A model generated the notes under the pieces. It did not search any database, had not been told where the DNA came from, and saw only the letters and a program-made list of their open reading frames with translations. A DNA stretch of 60,200 bases, counting the filler, from Circinaria calcarea (lineage: Eukaryota), in NCBI GenBank assembly GCA_051942165.1. It is 9 parts of 9 records of this genome, joined end to end, with 100 filler letters (N's around TTAATTAATTAA, not from the genome) between each part and the next. Parts side by side here need not be neighbours in the genome. Positions count along the whole stretch, not along the records: positions 6,710 to 13,314 come from JAVECS010001539.1; positions 13,415 to 20,017 come from JAVECS010001540.1; positions 20,118 to 26,720 come from JAVECS010001541.1; 6 more parts are not named here. The stretch is one strand, 5' to 3'. Position 1 is the stretch's first letter. Each line of letters starts with the position of its first letter. Shown here one piece after another: positions 12,137 to 25,031 of the stretch. The position numbers and the translations under genes are program-made.

Positions 12137-13314
12137 TTGCATTGGCATATCAACAACAATCGATTGACATGGGCCAACGAACATGGGAATATATCTATTC
12201 GTGATCTGAGCCACGAGAGACAGGGTACTATTGTGGAGGTTGAGCTTCGAGAGATACTGCGGTCTTCCATCAAACTTAAGTCAATCCTAATCACCGAAGA
12301 GGGCAATATTATCGTGGGGGTGGCTGCGTGGGATGACGAGATTGGCCTTGACGGGCAGAAGTTCTTATACTAAGTGAAAGTTTCCCCAAGAGGCGATTAT
12401 TTTGTGGAAAGTTCTCTACGAAATTGTCCTCCCTCACAAGGAGCACATGTATGTTGGTAGAGCTGCCTTGGGTAAAGGGGTACTCTACAACATCGAGTCC
12501 GTCAAGACGGTATTTTGCAATGGGGATCATGGAGAAATCCCTGGCTTCGCTTTCACCGCGCGGAGTTTAGAAGACGGCTCAATCCTGTTGCGGAAAGACT
12601 TCTGCCTGGATATGAAGCGGCAACTCATTCGGAACCCCGGAAGCCTAGAGCTTCAATTCCACGGCACGCTGGCTCTTCTCACTCCCAACGACACCCACTC
12701 AAGCCGCAGTTCTTCCACCCGCGCATACGTCTTCGACTCCAGCGTCGGAGAAGTGTTAGACTTCTTCGACAAGCGCAAACTCAGCACCATATACCTCAGC
12801 TGCGAAGGAGACGGCGTCTGTGCCATCGACTATACCACGCGCTTCCCCGAACCAACTCTGCTGGGTTCTTGGGACTGCTAGACCGCCCAATATCTCGGCT
12901 CTGGTTCTTTCTGCCTTGAACAATACTACCAATCTCCCCTCTTTATACTACCAGCACTCTTCCCCCGCTGTTCGCTTCGGCCTCGACCCCAATCGGCGAC
13001 TCTTCTTTCGCACTGGCCACCCCGGAGGCTCGCCCGTTCCCCCTGGGATGAGCGATGACCCATTTACGTACTTTACCGTCAGCAGAATCATCGATGGCCC
13101 TCGTGACCAGCAATCTTTTGAACCAGCCCAACGCACCATTGCGCGGGAAAAAGAAACCCGGATAGTGACTTTACCGCTGTCGGGGACGCATGCTCATTAT
13201 ACAAGTACGATTGATGACAAGCGGAGGGTGTTGGAGACTTGGGCGCCGTGGGTGATGGGCGAGAAGGATTTCTTGGGCATGGGCGGGGATTATCTGGTGT
13301 ACCATGCTTTCGAT
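12137..13314 (+). pseudogene. Fragmented gene of unknown function (possibly beta-rich/propeller-like), runs into contig end
   Basis: Three consecutive protein-like ORFs (12137-12373, 12402-12881, 12820-13314) in different frames, separated by stops without obvious introns. Confidence 0.4.
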
Positions 13315-13414
13315 NNNNNNNNNNNNNNNNNNNNNNNNNNNNNNNNNNNNNNNNNNNNTTAATTAATTAANNNNNNNNNNNNNNNNNNNNNNNNNNNNNN
13401 NNNNNNNNNNNNNN
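13315..13414. other. Artificial contig spacer
   Basis: N44-TTAATTAATTAA-N44. Confidence 0.99.
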
Positions 13415-14158
13415 GAGAAAAGGGAAAAGGAATTTTACAAGAGAATGAATGGCCGAGAAACGGGGAAATATGTGGTCACTTTTGCATTACTCCCGAGGAA
13501 TTTATAAGGTCTTAGTTGTGCTTTTTCTGGTGGTCGGGGGCTGGAAATATGTACATGTACATGTACATGTGTTAATGTATTATACATATGTATATCCTGC
13601 GACCTTTTTCTCATCGAGTCGAGTGCACCGTGCACGACAGAACCGTCTCATCTCTGTCTCCATTATTTTCTTTTTCTTTTATCTTCCCTTCTCTTTCCCC
13701 TCTTTCCTCTCTTCCATCCCTACCGTTATGCTCAACCTCTAACTCTTGCAAAAATCTCCCCGCTCCACTCTTGCGACCTTCGCTCTCGTCCTTGTAAACT
13801 TTACGCTCCTTTCCTCTTCCTGCGTCTTTTGCCCCTCATTTGATAAAGAATATCTTTCCCCGTCCCCCCCCCTCCCGACACCCAACCCTTTGTACCATTC
13901 CTAGTCGGCCGGAAGGAGTGCCGAAGAGGAACGGCAGAAGAGATGGGGATGGGGTTACGAACAGGGAGGCGAAATGAAAAGTTGGTGGGGGGTGGGGTAG
14001 TGTTTGGGACCAAGATTACTTCCGTGGACGGAATCTTTTGTGGTAGAGGAGGGGGAGGAATATTCCCTTTGCATCAAACTGCCTCTCAGGGTACAATTTC
14101 TGTAATACAATAGAGATCCCGGTAAACACGATTTCAAGACTCCATATTGTTATTCGGT

Positions 14159-15617
14159 TCAAGCAGACAGTTCAGCGGCATTATTGCGGTAACCCCGGGA
14201 ATGGCCGGTATTGTTCAGCCACGATACCTGGTTTTTGACTCGGGAGGCATTCGCTGGTATATCCCTCTGATCCAGCTCAATCTCATCAGCATAATCACTT
14301 CTCCGATGCGTAGCATAGATCGAGACGTGGTTACCCCAGGGAAGTTCGGGTTCTGCCGAGAGTTCATTGAGGTGACTATGACTGGTGTAGCTTCCAACGT
14401 CCTTGTCGGTCGGCCGTGATGAATGCATCGATGTAGCAGATTTCATAGACTTTCTTGTACTTCTGACGGTTGTGTTTGATAGCCGACTCCTTATCCATAA
14501 GGATCGAAGTATAGGTAAGCAGGCAGAAGCTACAGCGATGCATGGTTCAACACTAGTCCATATACCCGCATCAACAAATGACCCTATTGGCATTAGAATC
14601 GTCGCGGTTCCACTGTAGCTGAGGGACGAAACTAACAAGTGATATCTACAAGCTCCAGTTGTTCCAGGACAACTATACGAATAATTGATACAACAACGAC
14701 ACTAAGGCGCACAGTCAGCAGCATCCTTCAGGTTATATAACGAAATTCCTTCATACAAGCTACCGAGTAAAAACACACAAGAAAGTGCAGCCCTTTGTGA
14801 CCGGTCGATTTTCAAGGTCCAGATCATCGGTAGTGGCAAAAGGAGTATGATTACATTCAAGACGATGTTTGGTATGCCAGATCCAAGGAAGAATTTTGGG
14901 AGATCGATACAGCGTCCTGGACCAAAGTCCCATAATGCTTGGATTGGAACACATTCAGTAAGAACCGCTAATTCTATGGCGATGAACCAGGCAGTGACCA
15001 GGCCTGCCGTAATCCAAAGAGAAAGGCGGAAATAATACGTCTTAAAGATGCGAGAATAGAATAATAGTATCGAGTATTTGGTGAGGGCAAGTGCCACCGT
15101 ATAGAATGTTTCAAAGGCATAGCTAGAGTAGTGTCAGCGCTATTACTTATACGTCTACTTTGGTGCCCGTACAATATCTTGAACCATTGACTCGCCGCTT
15201 GTAGACGGGCGGGCATCTCCCCTTCGGCTTCGATATGTCTTCCAAATCCGTAATAGGTAGCTATGTGAATAGGGTGGTTAGTACATGGATAAAGCAGAGG
15301 CTTGGTTCAAGTGGGGATACTCACCAGCAATTCCCAGAATCGGGCAGCCCCAACATACAAGCTACAGCAGTAAGCCCATACTCCAGTCCGTCAGCGGCAA
15401 TTTTTGGCCATACCATCGCTGCAAGAATCATCCAGTCGTCCCACCACATGCCTGCTTTCGACACCCATCGTGAGACGAATCGCAGAGTGACTGTGACAGC
15501 GGTGATAACGATCAAGACAGCGGAGACGGCAATGATCCTCGGCGAAGCATTGGCGTTGATATCAAGACCCGGCGTAGGAGGGGTTAAAAGAGCTCCGGAT
15601 ACTCTGGTTTGGGACAT
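14159..15617 (-). CDS. PTH11-like integral membrane protein (fungal rhodopsin domain, no CFEM seen)
   Basis: LRFVSRW..MWWDDWMILAAM, GFGRH, LTKYSILLFYSRIF, ECVPIQALWD..C, ILLLPLPMIWTL, WTSVEPCIAVASACLPILRSL. Canonical introns join the frames. Confidence 0.92.
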
Positions 15618-18054
15618 GACGGTAGGAGTATCCAAGAGCTGGTACGCAAAGACATCTATCTACCTTTGTATGGAGGAGGATGGCTGGAAGACGGGCAGAG
15701 TATTCTTCTCGAAAGGAGGAGGAAGACGAAGAGGAGGAAGGTGGTGTGTGTTCGGTAGAGAGGTTCCGTCCCGACGAGTACCATAGAGGAGCGAGAGCAT
15801 GGCAATTCAGGTTTGTAGCCATTGCCCCGGTCTCGAGAGTGATACTAGGATTCCGACTAGCCGATCTGCGCCGTATCTTACATGTACAGTAGATAGGAAT
15901 GCCCGTGTTTCTTTCCAACGCGACACTAAACGGAGCGACGGATCGAATTGAGGTTAGTCATCTGGCAGATGACAGAGCTGCATGTCGAGCAGCAGGCGCT
16001 GAACCCCTGGCGATCATGTCGAACACTCTCTGCCCCCGCCATCCCAACCGGGAAGCTGAATTGGTACCTGGGCTGGCATGGTTCAACGGCGGTGCTGGAG
16101 GCGTTGCATGAGGCTCTGGCGATGAGCACAAGTAGTACAGTAACGATTCTTTCCAGGTCACCCATGAAACAACCGCAAAACAGTCCCGATCAGCGGCGAA
16201 TCAACTGAATCAGAAATACAATTAGGGACCACGGCCATCATCCAAATGCAGGGCGATGGCCGTTCAGGTACCAAGGCCAAAGGGGGCCATCATCCGATAT
16301 GGCATTCCCCATTGACCAAAGGTCGGGCGGCTAACCGATAGATGAAAGTTAGCTGCCACGGGCCCTCGGCAGGGAGGTCCTGATTAGGCAAGGTGGGAAT
16401 AAAAGGTTCATTGGACTGGAAGGAAATTAATTGGATTTCTACATCTCCGGTCATCTATCCAATCGCTGCCCTTTCCTCTCGACAACCAACCACTCACGGG
16501 GAGCCCCAAAGTCGGTCCTCGGCCGTTACGGGGTAGCGTTGCGGCACGGACCTTCCAATGAAGCCTACTGCCGACAAAAATAGTCAAACCACGTGGGTCT
16601 CAGGGATCGGGTCAAACACTAGTCCCATTTGACCATTCAAACACCTCCGCCGGCCTTTACGTATTTGTGTAAGCATATCCAACAGCTCCCACCAGATTTT
16701 CTACGGCATGTTGAATTGCGGGTTGGGAGATTTGGTTGATGGACTTGAGTCGAGATCGAGCTTGTTTCAGTCCAGCGTCACCGTCTGCCTTTCCTTGAAC
16801 CCTCGGTTGATTCAACGTCTACTATAGTATGAATTAGTAAGACCTAACACTGGTCGTTGTTGTTCTCTCCGAGTCCTTGACGGTTGTATCTTCTTCGATC
16901 GTCATCTTCATATCATCGTCCCTCACGCAGTTGATTAATGATGGTCAGCGCCGGAAGCTGAACACTGGGCTGAATGTCAAGGCATCCGATAGGCTTCGAA
17001 GATGAACTCGAGGCTGACGACTTGAAATGAGTATCCTTGCCAAGAAGGGTCGACATTCTTTCATCTCGCTCGCATTATCACATGGACCTGTCGGTCTCAT
17101 CCCTGGCTCTTTCCATCAGCTCGAATTATGCCGTTATATATAGCATCACAGTGATTGTCATTTCCAGAGTACGGGAGTACAGAGTAAGCTTCAAGTCTCT
17201 CGGTAATGTCTCCGGAGCATCGTGTTCCACCGCATAACGTGGTGTGATGACCGCCAGTCTCATCCCAACGGCGCCTCAGAATGAGGTCCTCCAATCAGAT
17301 CACATCCCCAGGTATGCCAAGCTTTGTACCTCCATCGCAACCACCGAATCACTTTTCCTTTTTATGAGGCACACCTCGAGGCATACTCAGATCAGCCACC
17401 TTGATCGCAGTTGGCATTTGACTGACGATATCAGCCGCACTCTCTCCTGATCACCATGCTTTTTAAAAGCTCGAGCTCGTCTGCTACATTTCCGCACTTG
17501 TGCAAACAGACGCTGAACCCGGAAGAACAGCTCGAAGACTCCATAGTGAATCTACTAGACATTCACATAATCTTGCCAGCTGGATGCTGGGGGGTGTTTT
17601 CTTTTATGCTCGGAAGATATTAGGTAGGCCCGAAATAACAGTTGCTCCCAGCCAATCGATATCTCGTCTGCAAGGCCACCCCCGCCTGGCTTTACATAGC
17701 TCTATTGTACATCCACAACGGAGCTATGTTATGCTAGTGGAGCCCTTCTGGCCAATATACCGGCTCAAAGTCTGCGCCAACAAGGTAGGCCTGCCACCTG
17801 GGCTTTACGACATCTGGCTTAGAGTATCGGTGCCGGGCTACCGTGCATAACATTGTTCTTATTAGAAAAAACAAACCCCCCCCCCATGTATAATCGAGGA
17901 AGACAACAGTGGCCGTATGGAAACATTCACCCTATGCTGGAAGAAGCTAGCTGGCTTTTTACTGTGGTCTCAATCATCACCCACATCAGTGTTAAGAGGT
18001 AATTAAATATGCTCTCTTTTGCTTTTCGCAACTCGCTCATCGCATTCCCATGCA

Positions 18055-20017
18055 TTATCCCCTCCCCACATTCAGACATTTTAGTCCCTCTTCCATGACA
18101 TCCTTTGGGTCCTCCTCCTGGAGATTAGGCCTATAGTCCCCAAGGACCTTCTCAAAACTCTCTCGTTCCCCAATGCAAATCTCGTAGGCCAGCTTGGCAT
18201 TCTCCTCTGCCCGTCCACACAGCCCAACTTTTCCCTCACGCTCCCCATATGCCTCCCATAGAGACGCCAATGCTTCCACAACATAACTATTCACTAGTCC
18301 CCATGTCTTAATCCGCGCGTTCGTGGTGTCATAGTCGAATCCGAGTGCGATAAGGATTTGAACAGCGGAAGAGATGGTACCAACCGGACGATTCTTGGCC
18401 CGGCTGACGGTTAGGAGGCCCTGGAGTGAGGGAAGGAGCTGGACCCTCGGTTGCCGGGACGAAATTGCGGTGTAGGTGCCGTTGATAAGGTCAAGACGAG
18501 CGGTAACGGCTCGGTAAAGCCGCTCGGTGAGTGCTTCATCTGGATCTGAAGCCTCGAATGCAGCGAATATCGAATGCATCTCCTCCAACAACATCTCTCT
18601 TAGCCCGATTTGCCTCTTCGGCGTAGCCGTCTCTGCAACACAGAATTTACAGCTACAGCCCCCTTTCCAATAATCCCCTGCGTGCTCTTGCCTCTGCGCA
18701 TACTCGAGTGTCGCAGGGAAATACGAAAATGTCAACTCTTCGCCCTTTGCAATATCTCGAGCGGCGCGCACGACGATAATATCGCCGAAATGCGCGCGGC
18801 TGGCGTTGGGAATACAGGAGTGATTTACCAAGGAGGCGGTTTTCCAGATGCCGACGCAGGTACCGTGAGATCGTTGGAGGGGGTCGAGGGAAAACCATTC
18901 TTGAAAGCGCCCGAGGGTGGTTATGTGGAAGCCAAAGCAATTGTACGGGAGGATACTGCCGACGAGGAATCTGAGTTTGGAAATAGTGTTAGGTGGCTTC
19001 ACACTCGACCAAGGGGAGGAGTTGAACGTACGTATCTACAATTGGTCCGACATCTTTAGAAGGAGAGGGACCGAGAGGGTAGCCGCCACGGTGGAGATCC
19101 AGGAATCCCGAGGATAAAGATGGGTTGTGGAAGAGTTTTGTCACTATGTCGTCAGTAAGACTGATCTTGGCTTCCTCAGATAGTCTCAACTTCTCCGCAG
19201 CGTACTCGTCCGTAAATAACTTCGGGTAAGACTTTGGGTCTTCGAATATGGCTGAAAAGGCTTTCTCGCAGAGGAGCAGTTCACCGGCCTTGACATCTCT
19301 GGTAAGGAACAGACCTCGGCCACGCTCTTCACTCTGGCGTGTCTCAATCGGGCCTTTGAAGTCTGCGTGGTCCAGAAACGGAGAGTCATAAGTAGGTTCC
19401 TTCCTTATGCTGTCAAAATCGTATTTTCCGACTGCTTCGTCTTGCCGCGCTTTGACCCGGTCGATGCAGGACTGGTCTCTGTTGTTGATTGAGCTGGGCT
19501 GCAGTTGCCGGAGGTGAGTGTCACACTCGGCGAATCGTCCGAGTTCGTACAGAGCTCGAGCTGCGCGAGAGTGCGCTTTCTGATTATTGGGATCTGCCAA
19601 TAGTATGAGGGCGAGGTCGGCTAGGGCATCGTCGTAGCATTTGACCCGGAGGTATGCCTGAGCCCGGTTTATTAAGATGGTGGAGACGTCGTCGTTGTCG
19701 GCTGAAACCTCTAATGCCTTGGTGTAGCTATCACAATGAATTAGCGTGTCCGGTCATTGCTTTTATAATGGAGATATCCATACCTGAAAATCGCATCCTG
19801 ACTTGCCCCCGCCTTAAAGGCCTTGTTCCCCCTCGCTGTCCAAGACAATGCCGTATTCTCGCCCTCGGGAATCTGATCTCGCCATTGCACGGGAATCATA
19901 CTCTCGGGTACCTTGACCAGCGGAACCACATCGGAGATATGATCGACCCTCACAGCACAGGTCCCATCATCCATGACCTTATACAACGGCTCCTTGATCA
20001 CAAACACAGTCCCTACC
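18055..20017 (-). CDS. TPR + SET-domain protein (SMYD-like lysine methyltransferase), 5' truncated
   Basis: VIKEPLYKVMDDG..VRVDH.SD; TPR ARGNKAFK..KAHSRAARALYELGRF; SET GRGLFLTRDVKAGELLLCEKAF, SLVNHSCIPNA..FGDIIVVRAARDIAKGEELTFSY; post-SET CSCKFC. Confidence 0.9.
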
Positions 20018-20117
20018 NNNNNNNNNNNNNNNNNNNNNNNNNNNNNNNNNNNNNNNNNNNNTTAATTAATTAANNNNNNNNNNNNNNNNNNNNNNNNNNN
20101 NNNNNNNNNNNNNNNNN
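20018..20117. other. Artificial contig spacer
   Basis: N44-TTAATTAATTAA-N44. Confidence 0.99.
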
Positions 20118-20157
20118 ACTCGTTATTATAATTATTATAATAATTATAATAACGAGT
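20118..20157. repeat. Perfect 40-bp AT-rich palindrome at contig start
   Basis: ACTCGTTATTATAATTATTATAATAATTATAATAACGAGT equals its own reverse complement. Confidence 0.9.
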
Positions 20158-21414
20158 TTTCACGTTCTTTTAAACGACGTATTTATATTATTTCTTCGAT
20201 TCTTGCCTATTTTTATAGATATATCAGAATCAGAAAGGAAAAGAAGAGGAAGGGAATAGAAATGCTGCGTATTAAGAGCAGCTGGATATTTTTAGACCCT
20301 ATTATAAAAATATTATAATTAGAAGGTAGTTTTCATTGCAGATCAAGACGCTGATACCACCGTATTCTTCGAGATTAAGAAACCTATATCGAGTGAGGCT
20401 AACAGACTCACTTCATTAACGTATCAGCACAAGGCTCTTTCTGTTCAGAAGCTGTTGTACATTTCCATTCCTGGGGACCTTGAGATTGGGTCAGAATAAG
20501 GGTAAGACCTTCTACTGGTCGCAGGGGAAATAGTGGTTGGTACGCCCTTCAATACCTCCTGTATAACCACAAAAGAACATATGGTAATATACAAACAAAG
20601 CCGGACTACGTTAAATCGATCTTCTAATAGATATTCCGACTTCTGTGCATGCTGCAATTATTCCGAAAAAAGCGTATTAACAACTGTTTCCCTTGCGACC
20701 ACAGTATGCGCAATTCGTTCAATAATCCCAGTACGTTCTTCCAGTTTCGAGTCAGCCTCTTTTCATGTTCATCGATACTTGCTAATGCTTCTGATATAAG
20801 AGCACCTATGGTAAAAGACCTGAAGTGCAAATAGCGTGGATTCCTTGCAAGGTTGCGTTTGACCTACATAAAGGCGTCAAGTATGCCGGACTCCGGCTAA
20901 CTCGGCCTGCCCCTTGAAGGTGTCAGCAAGGCTCCCTGAAGGCACATTTACGATAGAACTAAATCTCCCACACATCATCATCTATCCTGTCTTTCTAAAA
21001 ACCCTTGAATGGGGCCCACTTTTAAAATGGAGGTGCATAGTCCTTCAGCTTAATGCAACTCGTGGTCTATTGTGATAGGGCTACAATAACAGTCCAGGTG
21101 ATGGGAAGTACTGTGGTATCCCCGCGCAAGGCTACAGGAACATGCCACAAAACATATTCGCGCACCTGCATGATGCAGAATAGAGATCCATGGCTATCTG
21201 AGAAACGCGAAAGTCTTGGTCATTCACATCCGTGGGAAGCCTATCTTTCCTAGGGTTGACTAGTGTCTACAGTAGATAAAATAATATAAATATACGTGAG
21301 CTTAACATTCCAACCATTTATTGTTTTTCTTCCTTCTAAGAGAGTCACTCCCTAAACTCTCTCTGCAAAGACTTTTTAAGCACCAATTTATTTCAACCAC
21401 GTAATCACTTAATT

Positions 21415-22606
21415 ATGGCAGGCAAAGAATATTCTGTGCAAGAGGAGTATATGCTCAGCCGAGGATTTCGAGAATCAGCACGGTAAGCTCGCTTCTTTGT
21501 CGCATTATGCTAGATAACTGCATACTCGACCGGATATCGCTGAATTGAAATAGATTACATCTTCAGCACTGGATGTGGAATACCCGTCTCGGCTATCTCC
21601 TCCATCCCTCTATTGTATTGTCGAACCCTCAATGTCGAATCGCTGATGTTGGGACGGGCAATGCGTAAGCTGTGCTTTCCTCTCCTCAAGGTCTTCACAT
21701 GCTTACATGCATCTCTACTCTTAGGTGCTGGTTGCTTGAGCTTGCTCGTCATGTCCCTACGAGCTGGACATTGGATGGCTTTGATGTTTCTTCGGAGCAG
21801 TATCCTGCTATGGAATATCTCCCAGAAAACATATCGCTGCAAACGTTAGACGCCTTTGACGATCTGCCAGCCGAGCTCATAGGCCAATTCGACGTGGTTC
21901 ATATCCGCGCGTTCGCAGTAGTGGTGAAACAGGGAGATCCGGGCCCACTGCTCATGAACATGATTGCGCTGCTGAGTATGCCTGACCCCTTAGATCCTCG
22001 AGGATGGATGTGTATGTAGTTGGTACTGTTCAGTGAAGCTGAAGATGGACCCGGGACGATCAAACACCTGAAGCTAACCTTTACGTCTGAATGGCAGAAC
22101 CAGGCGGAATACTTCAATGGGATGAATTGGATACGGCCTCCTTCAACTCGCATGCACCTAATGCTTCTATCTCCAAACGATCTGCCGATGAGCTTCTCGA
22201 CTTATGGCAGGGTATGTGCGTGAAATCGGGCCTGAAGTTTGAGTAGATCTCCCCTCCCTTCCTGTTCCTTTCCTTTGTACTTTACCCTGGGTAGCTCATT
22301 TCTCTGATCCTCCGCTGCCGTAGCTGGATCTCCGAGCTAGCCAGCATCTTCACCGCACACGGGCTTGCTTTGTTGGACTCGTCCCGTCTTCCGATTAGCA
22401 ATGACCTACGAAAGGCGTCAACAGATGATTGGCTCTCGGGACTAGAAGATATTGGTTACGTAGTTACATCTCGCGGAGGTATAGCAAACCCTCTGGGTAC
22501 GTTGAAAGAGTTTAGAGAGCTGTTTAACAAGATGGTGAAGGAGACTCAACAAGGCGTGAGTATATCCATGGACATGATTGTTGTGGTCGGGAGAAAGGAA
22601 GTTTAG
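21415..22606 (+). CDS. Class I SAM-dependent methyltransferase (LaeA/UMTA-like superfamily), 5 exons
   Basis: YMLSRGFRESAR|LHLQHWMW..LGYLLHPSI..RIADVGTGN|WLLEL..LDGFDVS..FDVVHIR..L|PGGILQWDELD. Confidence 0.88.
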
Positions 22607-22758
22607 AGCGCATATTTGTGTTCAACCCACATTTAACATACATTCCATTCCTATCAAATCTTATCTCTATGCTACTTCTTGTTGGACTTACTAGAGTATT
22701 ATGTAGAAATCACCACTATGCCTGAATAACCCTAGAATATTAGACTAGCTGCGCTGTT

Positions 22759-24142
22759 CTATATTGTTTCCTCAATCCTCTGCTCCAGATCCGTTATCAC
22801 CTTAATCTCGTTGGTTGGCACTCTTTGCTCCCTTACCCGTACCGGATCCACCCTACTCAACGCAATATCATCTTGCCAGTTCCTCTCCAGCTTGTTGTTC
22901 ATGCGCGCAAATGGATACGAGTCGCTCGTTGCATCAAGATGTTGTTCCGGCAGAGCTTCCACACGAGAAAATAGTCCCAACCCATGACTGTCTGTATCTC
23001 CTGGCTCTGCGCTTCTCTGGATCCGATAAATCTTTCCGGTGGGGGAGGTGGCTTGACGGATGGAGATTTTATTGCCGCGGCGAAGGGCTTTGCTGAATAG
23101 CGGTCGGAATGTTGGCACACATGCGCTGAGAGTGGCGATGCTGCATTCCAACACAGACCAGATTGCGCTTCCGACATCAGACCCTGTTCGCCGTCAGGCA
23201 TGTGTTTGAATCGAGGGGTGAAGGTTCTACATACAGCTTGTATCAACCTGTGATATATCCTTCAACTTAGTTTGGCGAATAATACTAATAATGCAAACGC
23301 TAGACAGTATCTTAGCGAATTGGACTCTCCCTAATAAACGCAATACTTACAAGCCACCGAGTAGGAAGATAGCGGTGAGTTGGATCTTTTGCTTAGTCAA
23401 AATTTTCAATGCCCAAAGTTTAGGCATGGGTAGTGCTAGGATGATAACATCCGTAGCAATGTTGAATGAGCTACAGACAATGAAAACATCGTCAAGATTA
23501 ATACAACGTCCGACGATAGACTTGTTCCAGATTGCGTTGATAGGCACGCATTGAAGTACCACGCAGAAAAACTGCGTGACAGTATAAGCTGCAATAATAG
23601 CGCTGACCACCCAGAGCTTTAGCATGAAACTCCGTCCTGGAAAGAGCCGGCGGAGGAGAGAAAGGATTGAGATTTTTATGATAGAAATTGAAAGAACGTA
23701 AAAAACTTCGGCAATGGTTATCCCCTGACGTTATCCAGTTAGCTAGTCAGTAATTACAGTGGATATAAGGTAATAGATACCTTGACCAAGGCCTGGGGAT
23801 TCGTTACCGTCACCGCGTGACGCCCAAGCCCGTAGGGAATAATCGCAAGATCAAGCCCAATGAATATTGTCGTAAAGGGCTTAATGAAACTCAGGTTAGC
23901 TGTGGTAAATCCTTGTGGATTCAACGATGAAGCTCGGATATTGAACATACCAGTGAAGCTATAACCAACCAGTCATCTGCGCCTAAACAAGTCTTGTTCA
24001 GGCGCCGGGAAACAAGTCGCAGAATGACAGCAGCATAAGGGATAAATAAGCAAGTGGCGAATGCTGCGACTAACTTAGGTACTTGAGTCTCATAGCTATG
24101 ATCAATTTGGTACTGAGTATTAGGATCTATTGCTGTCGCCAT
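22759..24142 (-). CDS. PTH11-like rhodopsin-domain membrane protein
   Basis: LRLVSRRL..LGADDWLVIASL, YGLGRH, IKISIL, QCVPINAIW..C, NIATDVIILALPMP, WSVLECSIATLSACVPTFRPLF. Confidence 0.92.
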
Positions 24143-25031
24143 GGTAAAATAGGAAGTACGTGTCTTTGGGTGTCGACAGTGAAGCTAAATAATATGATCG
24201 AAAAGCGATAATTTAGGAGAAATGTATCAACTTGACAAATGCTATAATATCTAGTCTTTATTAGGTCCGTACTCTCTGAGTAATTGGAAAGGACCAGCTG
24301 TTCATAGTAGTAATAGAAATACTGCAATGGCGATTATTCGGGAGATTTACACTTCACAAATCCAGCAGCAACGCCCAATAATGCCATTGGGTGTTTCGCA
24401 AAGTTTAGTACGGAGTAGGTAGGAATACTATCATTGGCTACTGTTTCCCCTGCAACCACAGTAGTTATCTTGAGGTGGGAGGATATGCCAACTACGGTAG
24501 GGCTGCACACTTAGTGCCGGAGAGCCCGGATTGACGGTACAGTACAGTGCAGGAAAAAGAATGCGTCGCACTGGCGCACTACTGGCGGCGCTGCGGCTGA
24601 AGACTCGCGCTCGAGTCAGTTTCGCTGACGCCGTGAGCCATGGCCAATGCCCTCGTCCTGCATAGGAAAACAGTTTTCATAGAGCCTCAGGCCTCACTGC
24701 AGGGTGTGCCACAACCAAAAGAATGCGCGCGGGAGGCGGAATTGTTCCCTGTAAATGCAATGGAGATCCAGCCATGATGACAGTTTGACTGCAGCGGTAC
24801 GCCGCGAGCCGTTTCAACGCTAATGTAGGGAATCCTTTTTCTTGATTGCTACATCGATAAGGTCCACTATGATACCTGTGTTTTCTTGGTACGGAGTTAA
24901 AAAAGCGCCCGTAGATCTAGCCAGATTGAGAAATCTATCCGATGGGTAACTCTGCCACGCCTCATGCTGCTCAGTGGATGCAAGCATTGCGCCCTCTTAT
25001 TCCTGAGACCAGCGTCGCTAGCCTTCGAATA

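Noticed and set aside
15700..17900. Short ORFs and a hairpin (GCGGCTAAC..GTTAGCTGC at about 16327-16356) upstream of the PTH11-like gene
   Set aside because: No coherent exon structure or recognisable RNA family; compatible with ordinary intergenic DNA.
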